From Candidatus Poribacteria bacterium (GTDB taxonomy: Bacteria; Poribacteria; WGA-4E; WGA-3G), in NCBI GenBank assembly GCA_022394775.1, contig JAGFCB010000076.1, forward strand, positions 407-64,406: a DNA stretch of 64,000 nt, given 5' to 3'. Below, piece by piece: positions 26,875 through 35,940 of the stretch. The translations under genes were made by a program, and so were the position numbers. The first letter of the stretch is position 1; every line of letters begins with the position of its first letter. Below the pieces are notes generated by a model that was not told the DNA's origin, did no database searches, and saw nothing but the letters and a program-made list of their open reading frames with translations.

Positions 26875-28712
26875 TCATTAATTCAGGAACGTCTCGCAGT
26901 CTCGTCCTGTCTGGAAATATCCACGATCTTTTTTTTATACGCGAAAAAGATGACACGGATTATATTACGCTCGTCCCTTTTCTGACCCATAGTTGGGATA
27001 TAGACGGGTTCATTCTGATCGTTTACGAACTCAACGGTCCCATAAGATTTGCTCAAGAAGCTGAACGTGAAAAAGTTAAGCAAGCGTTCAACCAATGGCG
27101 AGGCACGACCGAGACGGATCTTGATATAAAAGCGAGGGGTGGCATACCCAGTTCTACACAGGCAGCACGGTCTCCAAGGACATCTCTCGGTTCACTTGAT
27201 GCCGCCACAGAGCCATCGGATGCATCTTTTACGCAGTACATGAACGACGCTATCGGCAGCCCGACGTTAGCACTTGAACTCCTTCGTCAATTTTGCCTGC
27301 TCTCCCGCAGCACAAACGCACAAGGCGAAAAGCTGTTATCAGAGAAACTGATTATCCTGATAGAAGCAGCAGACATGTTGCTCCCGGAAGGCGAAATTCG
27401 GAGCCTCTCCCTCCCTGACAGACACAGGGTCAGTATCGTTCAGGATTGGATATCCGACTCCAATTTCATGAACGGTAACGATACGGTAATCTTCATCACA
27501 GAATCTCCGAGTCTCCTGAATTCTCGGATTATTAGGTTACCGCAGGTTGTCACTGTTGAAATACCAGCACCCGGAATGTCGGAACGTCAGCATTTTGTTT
27601 CATGGTTTAACAACACACCGAAATTGGTAGAGAAGCCGTTAAACCTCTGGGGCACACAAGTACAACTCGCAATGCTGACTGCCGGGTTATCCATACAAGC
27701 ACTCCGCCAACTCCTTCTTGCTGCCTGTTATGCTGGTGAGAGACTCCAACCGGAAACTGTTATTGAGAAAGTCTCTGAATTTATCCAAGCGCAGTTGGGT
27801 GAAGATGTTGTAGAGTTCAAAAAACCAGCACATAGTCTAAAAGATATCGTTGGGAACCAAAAACTGGTGGATTTTCTTAAAACGCAGCTGATCCCGCGTA
27901 TTACTTCAACCGGTCCTGATGCGCTCGCTGGGATGAGCGTTTGCGGTCCCATCGGCAGTGGAAAAACCTTTATTTTTGAGGGGCTTGCCGGTGAACTTGA
28001 TATACCTGTCCTTGTCCTCAAGAATATCCGTAGTATGTGGTTCGGACAGACGGATGTCATCTTTGAACGGCTCCGGCGGTTGTTGATGGCGCTCGTGAAG
28101 GTGCTCATCTTCGTTGATGAAGCGGATACGCAATTCGGTGGTGTCGGACAGGACGCACATAGCACTGAACGACGTTTGACGGGAAAGATACAGGCGATGA
28201 TGTCGGATCCGCAGCTGCGTGGTAACATCACATGGCTGCTGATGACCGCCCGCATCTACAATCTTTCTCCCGACTTGCGACGGGAAGGCAGAGTCGGGGA
28301 TATGGTGGTGCCGGTGCTCGATCCGAGCGGTGAAGACCGTGAGGCGTTCCTCCGTTGGACGATTGCGAAAGCTTTATCGGGTTCTCTCCCTGACGATGCA
28401 GTGGAACGGCTTTTGAAGGTAACTGAAGGCTATTCTGCTGCCAGTTTCGCCTCGTTGCGTTCTGACCTTGAAGCCGCCAGCATTTTGAAGGAAGATTTGC
28501 AGGCTACGGGTGAACTTACTTTAGATGAAATCATCGCTGTCGCCGAAGATCGGATTCTACCGAATATTGGACCGATAAGACAATACCAAACCTTACAAGC
28601 CCTCCTCAATTGCACACGGAAATCGCTACTCCCGGGCGACTATTCCCCAGAAATCCGAGAATCGTGGGTAAAACAGATTGCGCAACTTGAAGCGATAGGT
28701 GTTAGCGGATAG
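26871..28712 (+). CDS. Two-module AAA+ ATPase (degenerate N-terminal module, active classical-clade C-terminal module)
   Basis: C-terminal module: Walker A GPIGSGKT (27945-27968), Walker B LIFVDEAD (28104-28127), SRH-like NLSPDLRREGRVGD. N-terminal module keeps the AAA layout but has LVLSGNIHD at the P-loop position and LIILIEAAD at the Walker B position. Lies 98 nt downstream of pspA on the same strand. Confidence 0.8.
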   Translation: MLINSGTSRSLVLSGNIHDLFFIREKDDTDYITLVPFLTHSWDIDGFILIVYELNGPIRFAQEAEREKVKQAFNQWRGTTETDLDIKARGGIPSSTQAARSPRTSLGSLDAATEPSDASFTQYMNDAIGSPTLALELLRQFCLLSRSTNAQGEKLLSEKLIILIEAADMLLPEGEIRSLSLPDRHRVSIVQDWISDSNFMNGNDTVIFITESPSLLNSRIIRLPQVVTVEIPAPGMSERQHFVSWFNNTPKLVEKPLNLWGTQVQLAMLTAGLSIQALRQLLLAACYAGERLQPETVIEKVSEFIQAQLGEDVVEFKKPAHSLKDIVGNQKLVDFLKTQLIPRITSTGPDALAGMSVCGPIGSGKTFIFEGLAGELDIPVLVLKNIRSMWFGQTDVIFERLRRLLMALVKVLIFVDEADTQFGGVGQDAHSTERRLTGKIQAMMSDPQLRGNITWLLMTARIYNLSPDLRREGRVGDMVVPVLDPSGEDREAFLRWTIAKALSGSLPDDAVERLLKVTEGYSAASFASLRSDLEAASILKEDLQATGELTLDEIIAVAEDRILPNIGPIRQYQTLQALLNCTRKSLLPGDYSPEIRESWVKQIAQLEAIGVSG

Positions 28713-28858
28713 AGAGAAAAATGCTGCATTCGCACGCGACCCAATTTTGTGTTATAGAGTCTGGCTCAGAGATGAGATAGCCGTGAGGGCTGCACAACCT
28801 AAAAGGTTATGCTACTAAATCCTATAATCATTAAAATCACAGTTCTGATTTTGAAAAA

Positions 28859-28888
28859 TTGAAAAATGAATAAGATACATAGTATGAT
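28859..28888 (+). promoter_or_regulatory. Possible promoter of the three-gene hic cassette
   Basis: TTGAAA (28859-28864), 18-nt spacer, TATGAT (28883-28888). Confidence 0.3.
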
Positions 28889-28958
28889 TGATTGAGGGTG
28901 CTTGAAAGTAGTAAGAAAACTCGCTCCGTGTGCTGTAACAAATTCAAGGGGGTTTAAG

Positions 28959-29216
28959 ATGAACCGCGGAAACATGGTAGTGCCAGAAACTGCAAGGCGT
29001 ATGACTATACAAGAAATGGAAGATAAATATCCTAACCAATGGCTGTTTATCGTTGACTGTATTATTAATCCGGAAACGACGCAGCTTGTTTCAGGTATAG
29101 TTACAGTCTGGAGTCCTTCACGCCGCGATGTAGATGAAGCATCCGGTGAATATGTAGGTAATGCTGCAATACATTACACTGGCGAAATACCTAAAGATAG
29201 AATGTATCTATTATAA
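28959..29216 (+). CDS. Small uncharacterized protein (85 aa), first gene of the hic cassette
   Basis: AAGGGGG RBS then ATG at 28959. The KYPNQWLFIVD...IHYTGEIP pattern loosely recalls DUF5678-type small proteins (unverified). Confidence 0.55.
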   Translation: MNRGNMVVPETARRMTIQEMEDKYPNQWLFIVDCIINPETTQLVSGIVTVWSPSRRDVDEASGEYVGNAAIHYTGEIPKDRMYLL

Positions 29217-29226
29217 GGTGAACAAA

Positions 29227-29445
29227 ATGCAACCATTCAAAATTATTATCGAAAAACATACCGATGGCTATGTTGCTTATCCATTAGGATTGAAAGGTGT
29301 TGTCATTGGACAAGGTAATACCTACGAAGAAAGCATTGTGGACGTAACTTCTGCAATTCGGTTTTATATTGAAACTTTTGGAAAAGAAGAACTTGAAGCA
29401 GAGGAACCTGCTTTGGACGTTTTCGTAACTGAAGTAAACATCTGA
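29227..29445 (+). CDS. hicB: HicB-like (UPF0150) antitoxin
   Basis: 72 aa. FKIIIEKHTDGYVAYPLGLKGVVIGQGNTYEESI matches the HicB N-terminal fold signature. Its stop overlaps the next start (TGATG). Confidence 0.7.
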   Translation: MQPFKIIIEKHTDGYVAYPLGLKGVVIGQGNTYEESIVDVTSAIRFYIETFGKEELEAEEPALDVFVTEVNI

Positions 29446-29684
29446 TGTCTCGTTTTCCTACGGATGCCCCTAAAAACAGAGTTGTCCGGGCATTAGAACA
29501 ATTAGGATATCGTATAATTCGTGAACGGAATCATATCTGTATGGCGCGTGAGAATCCAGATGGAAGCCGAAATGTATTAGTCTTGCCGAATCATCGTCGT
29601 ATCAAAGGCTCAACATTGCGCAGGATTTGTACCCAAGCTGGCATTTCCAGAGCTGCATTCCTGGAAGCTTATAGGCTGATATAA
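29445..29684 (+). CDS. hicA: HicA-like (YcfA family) mRNA interferase toxin
   Basis: 79 aa. VVRALEQLGYRIIRERNHICMAR...VLPNHRRIKGSTLRRICTQAGIS is a typical HicA/YcfA pattern. Confidence 0.72.
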   Translation: MSRFPTDAPKNRVVRALEQLGYRIIRERNHICMARENPDGSRNVLVLPNHRRIKGSTLRRICTQAGISRAAFLEAYRLI

Positions 29685-29693
29685 GCGGAAAGG

Positions 29694-30842
29694 CTATATA
29701 GCAATAGCCTCCCCGCTTGCCGCGGAACGATACCCCGCACAGATGATCTCCACAGAATGCGCCGCAAATTCGGCGTTCATTTCACTCTCTACACCGTTCT
29801 CAATACAATCCACAAACGCGCTAAACTCCCGCTGTCCATCATCTCCGCTACCGACATCTATCCATTGCTGTTTCGGTCGCATCTGAATCTCTGCTTGCGT
29901 GCTACTCCACATCCCCATCGGATCGAGCGGATGCGGTGTTGGCGGTTCAAACACTGGTTCGGCGGCAAAAACTTCCAAACGGTTCGCCGACGCATCAAAT
30001 GTCAAAGTGCCTTCGGTGCCGACGAGATGGACTTTCCGAACACCGCCTTGTGCATGGCTCTGCCAACCGTAGCGTCCACCAACAATTGTCGCTGTGATCC
30101 CATCTTCTAACGTCAGGACTAAAGCACCAAAGTCTTCAAGACCGCAGTCGCGATGCTCTTTGAAGAAATAGTTCGCCGTTCCGCCGAAAACACGCTGCAC
30201 GCGTTTCTGGGTCAACCAATTCACCATAGACACAGCATAGACACCGACATCGAACATTTCAGGTTTGGCTTCAACGAAGCTATAACGTTCCAGCGTGGGT
30301 TTTTGGATTCTTTTCTCTCCGATAGGTGCGGTGCCGGGATGTCCTTTGGAGAATAACACATCACAATGAATCGCCTGAAGCGCGCCGATCCGTCCACTCG
30401 TCAATGCTTGCTGGACAGTGCGTGCCCATGTACTATGAATATTGCTGAACATCTGCGTTCGGACACCACTTTTCGCAACCGCATCAACGATTTTGTTTGT
30501 ATCTTCAGGATTAAGTGCCATCGGCTTATCGAGATAGACGTGCTTTCCTGCAGCTGCGCATTTCGCACCTATACGTCCGCGACGTTCTACCTCCGTGCAG
30601 AGGCTGACGATATGCACATCCTCACGTGCCAATGCCGCGTCAAGGTCTATGAACGGCAAATCCATCGATTCCGCAAGCGAACGTGCCAACGCAATCCGTT
30701 CTGGTGGTGCTTCTGGTTCGTCAGCGAAGGCGACTAATCTACAACGCGCATCCTGCGCAAAACTCAAGGCGTAATTCTCTTGGTGCGTGCGATTGCCACC
30801 GAGTAACAGGACTCCATATTTTCCGTTCTGTTGCATGATCAA
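29694..30842 (-). CDS. Gfo/Idh/MocA family oxidoreductase
   Basis: N-terminal Rossmann YGVLLLGGNRTHQENY, central EKPMA-like DKPMALN; 382 aa. Confidence 0.8.
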   Translation of the reverse strand: MIMQQNGKYGVLLLGGNRTHQENYALSFAQDARCRLVAFADEPEAPPERIALARSLAESMDLPFIDLDAALAREDVHIVSLCTEVERRGRIGAKCAAAGKHVYLDKPMALNPEDTNKIVDAVAKSGVRTQMFSNIHSTWARTVQQALTSGRIGALQAIHCDVLFSKGHPGTAPIGEKRIQKPTLERYSFVEAKPEMFDVGVYAVSMVNWLTQKRVQRVFGGTANYFFKEHRDCGLEDFGALVLTLEDGITATIVGGRYGWQSHAQGGVRKVHLVGTEGTLTFDASANRLEVFAAEPVFEPPTPHPLDPMGMWSSTQAEIQMRPKQQWIDVGSGDDGQREFSAFVDCIENGVESEMNAEFAAHSVEIICAGYRSAASGEAIAI

Positions 30843-31282
30843 CCCTCCAATACGACAGGCTGACCGCTGTCAAGCGATTGCGCGATTGCCGCTGTCAGTT
30901 CGCCTGTTCCGCCAAATCCTGGCGGAATAGCATTCAAGTAGTGTCTACCGACCGGCGTTTCATGGTAGATGACCCCTTTGTTACCGACCAACATGATGTC
31001 GATTGCGGTATCAACATCAACCCGATTGACACTCAGGAGTGCCATCTGTCCACCTACATAGTGAACCATTACCGTAACCTGTGTTCCGTTTGCGTCCCCT
31101 TGTGTATAGACGCTCACGGGTGGTGAGGGTATCCACTCATTCGCGAGTGCTGTCATCTCTGCCACCGATGATAGTGGGTTCACATCTTCACCGGCGACGT
31201 GAAGGACGCACCGCAGGAACACTGGACTCCCAATCCGATCTTTTTCAAGAACGGATTGAACTGATTTTTTTAGCAATTCCAT
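30839..31282 (-). CDS. Hypothetical protein, translationally coupled to the Gfo/Idh/MocA gene
   Basis: 147-aa ORF with a 4-bp overlap to the downstream gene; no motif recognised. Confidence 0.55.
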   Translation of the reverse strand: MELLKKSVQSVLEKDRIGSPVFLRCVLHVAGEDVNPLSSVAEMTALANEWIPSPPVSVYTQGDANGTQVTVMVHYVGGQMALLSVNRVDVDTAIDIMLVGNKGVIYHETPVGRHYLNAIPPGFGGTGELTAAIAQSLDSGQPVVLEG

Positions 31283-31436
31283 TTTTTTCCTCTTCCTATA
31301 GAACCGATTTTGTTGTCATGAAAAAAGTTGACACATCAACTCGCCTTGTGCTATAGTTCTAAAAACCTAACCTATGACGGACTGATATATCAGAAACCGA
31401 ATTTTGAACATCGTTCAAAATTCGCCCAACCAATAC

Positions 31437-31547
31437 AGGACTTACGCATTTTTCATGATAACGGACGTATGACACCCTGCTGGGTTTTTGATAGGGTGTT
31501 TCTTCAGGGTTTGAAACCCCGCCCGCAAAGAGGGCTGTGTAAGTTCC
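31437..31547. mobile_element. MITE-like element, copy A (TIR AGGACTTACGCA / TGTGTAAGTTCC)
   Basis: The left 35 nt is nearly identical to copy B. Internal GGGTTTGAAACCCCGCC palindrome remnant. Imperfect right TIR (3 mismatches). Confidence 0.6.
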
Positions 31548-31575
31548 AAATAGTTAAAAAATTTTGGAGGAAACT

Positions 31576-31941
31576 ATGCCACTGAAAACCCTTAAACAAC
31601 TCGTTGCTGAAGCGAAAGCAAACGTTGGACACATATCACCCGATGAACTCACAGAGGCTACAGAATCAATCATTCTTTTAGATGTACGTGACGAGCCGGA
31701 CTACGACGAAGAACATTTGCCGAATGCCGTCTCACTGCCGCGCGGCTACTTGGAACTTGATATCGATGAAGTCGCCCCTGACGCAAACACACACATCGTT
31801 ACCTACTGCGGCGGTGGTACCCGTGCGACCCTCTCCGCGAACACGTTAAAAAACATGGGTTATGAAAACGTTTCAGTACTTACTGGCGGCTTCCGCGGCT
31901 GGAAAGCTGAGGGACTCCCTACCGAAAAATCTGATGAATAA
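31576..31941 (+). CDS. Rhodanese-like sulfurtransferase domain protein
   Basis: GGAGGA RBS then ATG at 31576; active-site loop YCGGGTRA; 121 aa. Confidence 0.82.
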   Translation: MPLKTLKQLVAEAKANVGHISPDELTEATESIILLDVRDEPDYDEEHLPNAVSLPRGYLELDIDEVAPDANTHIVTYCGGGTRATLSANTLKNMGYENVSVLTGGFRGWKAEGLPTEKSDE

Positions 31942-32075
31942 GTAGTATTATTACATTAGCATAGATAACAGACTTTGTCAATATCTTGGTAGCACCAGTA
32001 GATGGGGCGGTTTCGATTTTAGCAAACGCAATCGTCCCGCACCTAACTATATAGAGCAGAACCAACGGAGTAAAC

Positions 32076-33104
32076 ATGCGCAACAGATATATCTTCTTAG
32101 TCTTCATACTCCTTACACTTTTCATCGGTGATAGCATCGGGCAGAAGAAACAACTCAATGTCTTTACATGGGCAGGCTACGTCAGCGATGACATCCGTGA
32201 AGGATTTGAAAAGGAGTTTGGAGTTACCGTCCTTGTTGATACGTATGCCAGCAACGAGGATCTTCTCACGAAGTTGATGGCGGGTGCGACAGGATACGAC
32301 ATCATTATGCCCTCTGACTACATGGTGTCTATATTGATCAAGCAAAACCTGTTAGCCGAATTGAACCGTGGCAATATCCCGAACTTTCAGAACATCAGTC
32401 CGCTGTTTCTCGGTAAATACTTTGACTCGGAAAATCGATATTCTATCCCCTACACGTTTGGCACAGCAGGCATCGCTTACGATTCGGCTGTCGTCTCACC
32501 GGCACCTGATAGTTGGTCAGTGCTATGGGACGCGGAATATAAAAACCAATTCAGTATGTTAGACGACCAGCGTGAAACGATCGGCGCCGCGCTTAAACTG
32601 CTCGGATATAGTCTCAACACGACCGACCCGAAGGAACTTAAGGCAGCGAAGGAAAAACTCATTGCGCAGAAACCGCTGGTGAAACAGTATAAGAGCGAGG
32701 CAGAAGAGATTCTTATCGCTGGTGATGTTGTGATGGCGCACTGCTGGAGTGGTGATGCGTTCCGCGCAGCCGAGACACGTCCGACGATCCAGTATGTTAT
32801 CCCTAAAGAAGGGTCAAGCCAATTTATCGACGCTGTCTGTATTCCAAAATCCGCACCACACAAAGCACTCGCTGAGCAGTTCATCAACTACCTCCTTCGT
32901 CCCGAAGTCAACGCCAAGATTACTGCTTTCACGAAATACGGTACCTGTGTGCCTACCGCGAAAGCGTTCTTACCCGAAAACCTACGCGAACACAAATTCA
33001 TCTATCCACCCAAAGAAGTCCTGGAGTCGCTTGAATGGCTGAGAGATCCTGGCGATTTTACGAGGCACTACGACCGCGCGTGGGAAGAAATTAAAGCGAA
33101 ATAA
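32076..33104 (+). CDS. PotD/PotF-type polyamine ABC transporter substrate-binding protein (orphan, no permease nearby)
   Basis: Signal peptide; LNVFTWAGYVSDD...FEKEFGV...YDIIMPSDYMV signature of spermidine/putrescine binding proteins. Confidence 0.8.
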   Translation: MRNRYIFLVFILLTLFIGDSIGQKKQLNVFTWAGYVSDDIREGFEKEFGVTVLVDTYASNEDLLTKLMAGATGYDIIMPSDYMVSILIKQNLLAELNRGNIPNFQNISPLFLGKYFDSENRYSIPYTFGTAGIAYDSAVVSPAPDSWSVLWDAEYKNQFSMLDDQRETIGAALKLLGYSLNTTDPKELKAAKEKLIAQKPLVKQYKSEAEEILIAGDVVMAHCWSGDAFRAAETRPTIQYVIPKEGSSQFIDAVCIPKSAPHKALAEQFINYLLRPEVNAKITAFTKYGTCVPTAKAFLPENLREHKFIYPPKEVLESLEWLRDPGDFTRHYDRAWEEIKAK

Positions 33105-33124
33105 CTGTTCTTCGCATCGTTGCA

Positions 33125-33156
33125 GGCGAGGTTTCTAACCTCGCCATTTTTAATTT
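33125..33156 (+). terminator. GC-rich hairpin plus T-tract, probable terminator of the potD-like gene
   Basis: GGCGAGGTT-TCT-AACCTCGCC (33125-33145) followed by ATTTTTAATTT. It is a member of the palindrome family also seen at 35779, 52801, 54917 and 62012. Confidence 0.5.
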
Positions 33157-33307
33157 CACCTACACCACGTTCTTGTTCTACAGCGATAATTAACCACGTG
33201 CGGACTTCAATTATTTTGAAGAAAACAGATAGCGTCGCAACTAAAGATGAAAATCTCTCCGCAATACCCCAAAGTTGCAAATAAAGCGTTCGTAAGAAGG
33301 TGATGTT

Positions 33308-34108
33308 ATGAAGGTCTTTGAAACGCTGTCATTCATGGCGAGGAACCCAATTCCATTCATCGTTCAGTTGGTATGCTGGTTTCTCTATGTTGGTTTAAAC
33401 GTTGCATCACAGGATCCATCTGCAGAGGGTTCATCTATGCGCGATCCGCGCAATCCGTGGCCACGTGTGCTTTCGCTAATACAAACCTCCTTGAGCGACC
33501 TACCTGAATCGCTTGAGAACTTCGCTATAATCGTTTCGGTTATTTTTGACGATGTTGTCAAAGAGGTCGTAAGAGATGAAGGTTGGATTTTCATCGTTCT
33601 TCCTGCTCTCATCATCGGTTACCGAGAAGCGAAAGGCAATCTAAAAGGCATTGCCAAAGAACGACAGACGTGGATGCAGTGGTACGATCAGCAACCGGAA
33701 GTTATAAGAGAAGATGTAGTGCTTACGGAACCACCATCGAAATCAGAAGCGACACAAGTTAACACTTATTTCAGTAAAGCGCGAAGAACTGTATCCGTTA
33801 TGTTTCGCAATCCGATGTTTTTTATTCTTCATTTCACATGCTGGTTTTCCCCTTTTGTTTTGCTATTCGTTGTCGTAGAGTGGGCAGGTGTTATTGAGAC
33901 AGCACGCAATTTTGCGAACGTTTTCTTCAAAACTGCTATATTCTTTGGTATACCGGCTTTAATCTCCTGTTACCAAGAGACACGAGGAACCGTAAAAGGT
34001 ATAGCGAAAGAGGGAGAGGTCTGGTCGAAGTGGCACCAACGACAGATTAAGGCAGTAGCAGATGGCTATCCGGTTGCATCACCGCCACCATCGTTAAACA
34101 TTTTTTGA
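33308..34108 (+). CDS. Membrane protein built from 2 copies of an unnamed ~120-aa two-helix module
   Basis: Each module has F(M)xRNPxxFIxxxxCWF (TM1), then TM2, then Y(R/Q)E(A/T)(K/R)GxxKGIAKExxxWxxW(Y/H)xxQ and an EPP/PPPS linker. Confidence 0.75.
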   Translation: MKVFETLSFMARNPIPFIVQLVCWFLYVGLNVASQDPSAEGSSMRDPRNPWPRVLSLIQTSLSDLPESLENFAIIVSVIFDDVVKEVVRDEGWIFIVLPALIIGYREAKGNLKGIAKERQTWMQWYDQQPEVIREDVVLTEPPSKSEATQVNTYFSKARRTVSVMFRNPMFFILHFTCWFSPFVLLFVVVEWAGVIETARNFANVFFKTAIFFGIPALISCYQETRGTVKGIAKEGEVWSKWHQRQIKAVADGYPVASPPPSLNIF

Positions 34109-34219
34109 TTTTTACTTACACAACCTCTTTGCAGGGTTTTTGCTTGGGGGTTTCTTCAGGGTTTAAAACCCCGTCTACAGTGCTTACGGGAATAAAATCC
34201 CTTATGAGGAAAGTAGATA

Positions 34220-35638
34220 GTGAAAGCGAAAAGACCACTGTTATTTATGCTTTGGAACCCCATGCCTTTTATCGCTTACACGCTTGCATGTGGCATATTG
34301 CTCTCTGCCTTGATTACCATGTCAGATGATCCTTTTGTATACGGTGTATTACCAGATGCGACTGAGGCAGCAAACGGAGCCTTTGTGGATTTACCTGGGT
34401 CCCTCTGGAAATTAGTTACAGCCTTTTCACTCGTTGTTGAAGAAGTCGTCGGGGATTTCCATTATGGAGTTCTCATAATTGTTGTCCCGCTTGCGCTTGC
34501 ATTTGGTTATAGAGAGGCGAGAGGCAGTCGAAAGGGTATTACAACAGAGCGAAAAGCGTGGATGCAGTGGTACGAGCGTCAACAGTTAGTAAAGGCGCAG
34601 CAAGGCACTTACGAGACACCACCGTTATCAGAATATATCCCGGGCGGCTCCTATTTCATATCCGCACGGAAAACAGTGCTATTCATGCTTCGGCACGCAT
34701 CCCTCCTAATCGGTCATTTCGTCTGTTGGTTTACACTGTTCGCGCTTCCTATTCTATTTTTCGACACAGGCGATTTTGTGCGATCCCTTCCTGAAATTGT
34801 TATCTATGCCGTTATATTCACGCTCATGCTTAGCTACCGAGAGGCGAGAAGCAACCTGAAAGGTGTCGCTATAGAGAGAGGCATCTGGACGAAGTGGTAT
34901 GCCCGACAAATCAAGGCGATTGCTCAGGAAGGTGCCCTTAAAGAGCCACCATCATCGGAAAATATGAGAGCCTATTCTTATTTCGGGGAAATCCCAGAAA
35001 CCCTATTTTTTATGATCCGTAACCTGAAGCCGTTTATTGTTCATCTTACGTGTTGGATTTCCGCGTATGTGTTTCTAATCTTTATGACACTCCGACCCGA
35101 GGACACGCCTGAAGATATTTTTGAAGTATTTGACTTAATAGGTATGTTTGGAGAAATGCTGCCTTGGATCGCTCTTATTGTTTTCGTGATTGGTTACCGA
35201 GAGGCAAGAGGCAACCTAAAAGGTATTGCTAATGCGCAACAAGTATGGATGCAGTGGTACCAACGGCAACAAGAAACGATAAACCGTGGAGAGGTTTTTG
35301 AGGAACCACCCCCATCAGAGGGTCCGCAAACAAATTCTTATTTCAGAACAGCACAAAAGACTCTGCAATTCATCGCACACCATCCGATGTCTCTTATAGT
35401 TCATTTGGCTTGCTGGTTTCTCGCCTTTATTTTCAGATACGGCGATTTTCTCGCTTTTATGCCGATCCTTTTTGTGATTATACCTGCTCTCATCTCCTGT
35501 TATCAAGAAGCAAGAGGTACGGTAAAAGGCATTGGAAAAGAAGGCGCGGAATGGATGAAATGGTATCAACGGCAAACTGGTGCCAAAGAGCAAGCGTATT
35601 CCCTTGCTGAGATGCCACCCGCCTTAAACGCTGGTTGA
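34220..35638 (+). CDS. Membrane protein built from 4 copies of the same ~120-aa module (tandem paralog)
   Basis: GTG start at 34220 after GAGGAAAG. MKAKRPLLFMLWNPMPFIAYTL parallels the start of the first gene. Four YREARGxxKG(I/V)...W(M/T)(Q/K)WY.RQ motifs. Confidence 0.75.
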   Translation: MKAKRPLLFMLWNPMPFIAYTLACGILLSALITMSDDPFVYGVLPDATEAANGAFVDLPGSLWKLVTAFSLVVEEVVGDFHYGVLIIVVPLALAFGYREARGSRKGITTERKAWMQWYERQQLVKAQQGTYETPPLSEYIPGGSYFISARKTVLFMLRHASLLIGHFVCWFTLFALPILFFDTGDFVRSLPEIVIYAVIFTLMLSYREARSNLKGVAIERGIWTKWYARQIKAIAQEGALKEPPSSENMRAYSYFGEIPETLFFMIRNLKPFIVHLTCWISAYVFLIFMTLRPEDTPEDIFEVFDLIGMFGEMLPWIALIVFVIGYREARGNLKGIANAQQVWMQWYQRQQETINRGEVFEEPPPSEGPQTNSYFRTAQKTLQFIAHHPMSLIVHLACWFLAFIFRYGDFLAFMPILFVIIPALISCYQEARGTVKGIGKEGAEWMKWYQRQTGAKEQAYSLAEMPPALNAG

Positions 35639-35778
35639 ACATTCCTAACAAGAAACTACACAATTCACAGCCTCTATTTCTGAACGCACCTGATGAATTT
35701 CTGGTGCGTTTGTTTTGTTATAGTAAAATCAAAAAATAAGTTTACACGCTCAGAAGCACAAAACACCTCTCCTTCGCT

Positions 35779-35799
35779 GGCGAGGTTTGTAACCTCGCC
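35779..35799. repeat. GC-rich palindrome GGCGAGGTT-TGT-AACCTCGCC
   Basis: 9-bp perfect arms. Followed by GTGAGT..GTAATTACTGGATCTACTATAA, which recurs after the palindrome at 52848-52873. Confidence 0.7.
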
Positions 35800-35940
35800 T
35801 TCCCGTGAGTGTATAGGTAATTACTGGATCTACTATAATATTCTGACAACTGATAACTGGGAACCATTAACTGACTGCTGACCGCCGATGGCTGACGGCT
35901 ATTGAATAAAAAAGATTGACTTCTCATACGGAAATAGGAT

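Noticed and set aside
31328-31585. An 85-aa ORF upstream of the rhodanese gene.
   Set aside because: It is almost entirely made of MITE-like copy A (31437-31547). It has no RBS and overlaps the better-supported rhodanese start.
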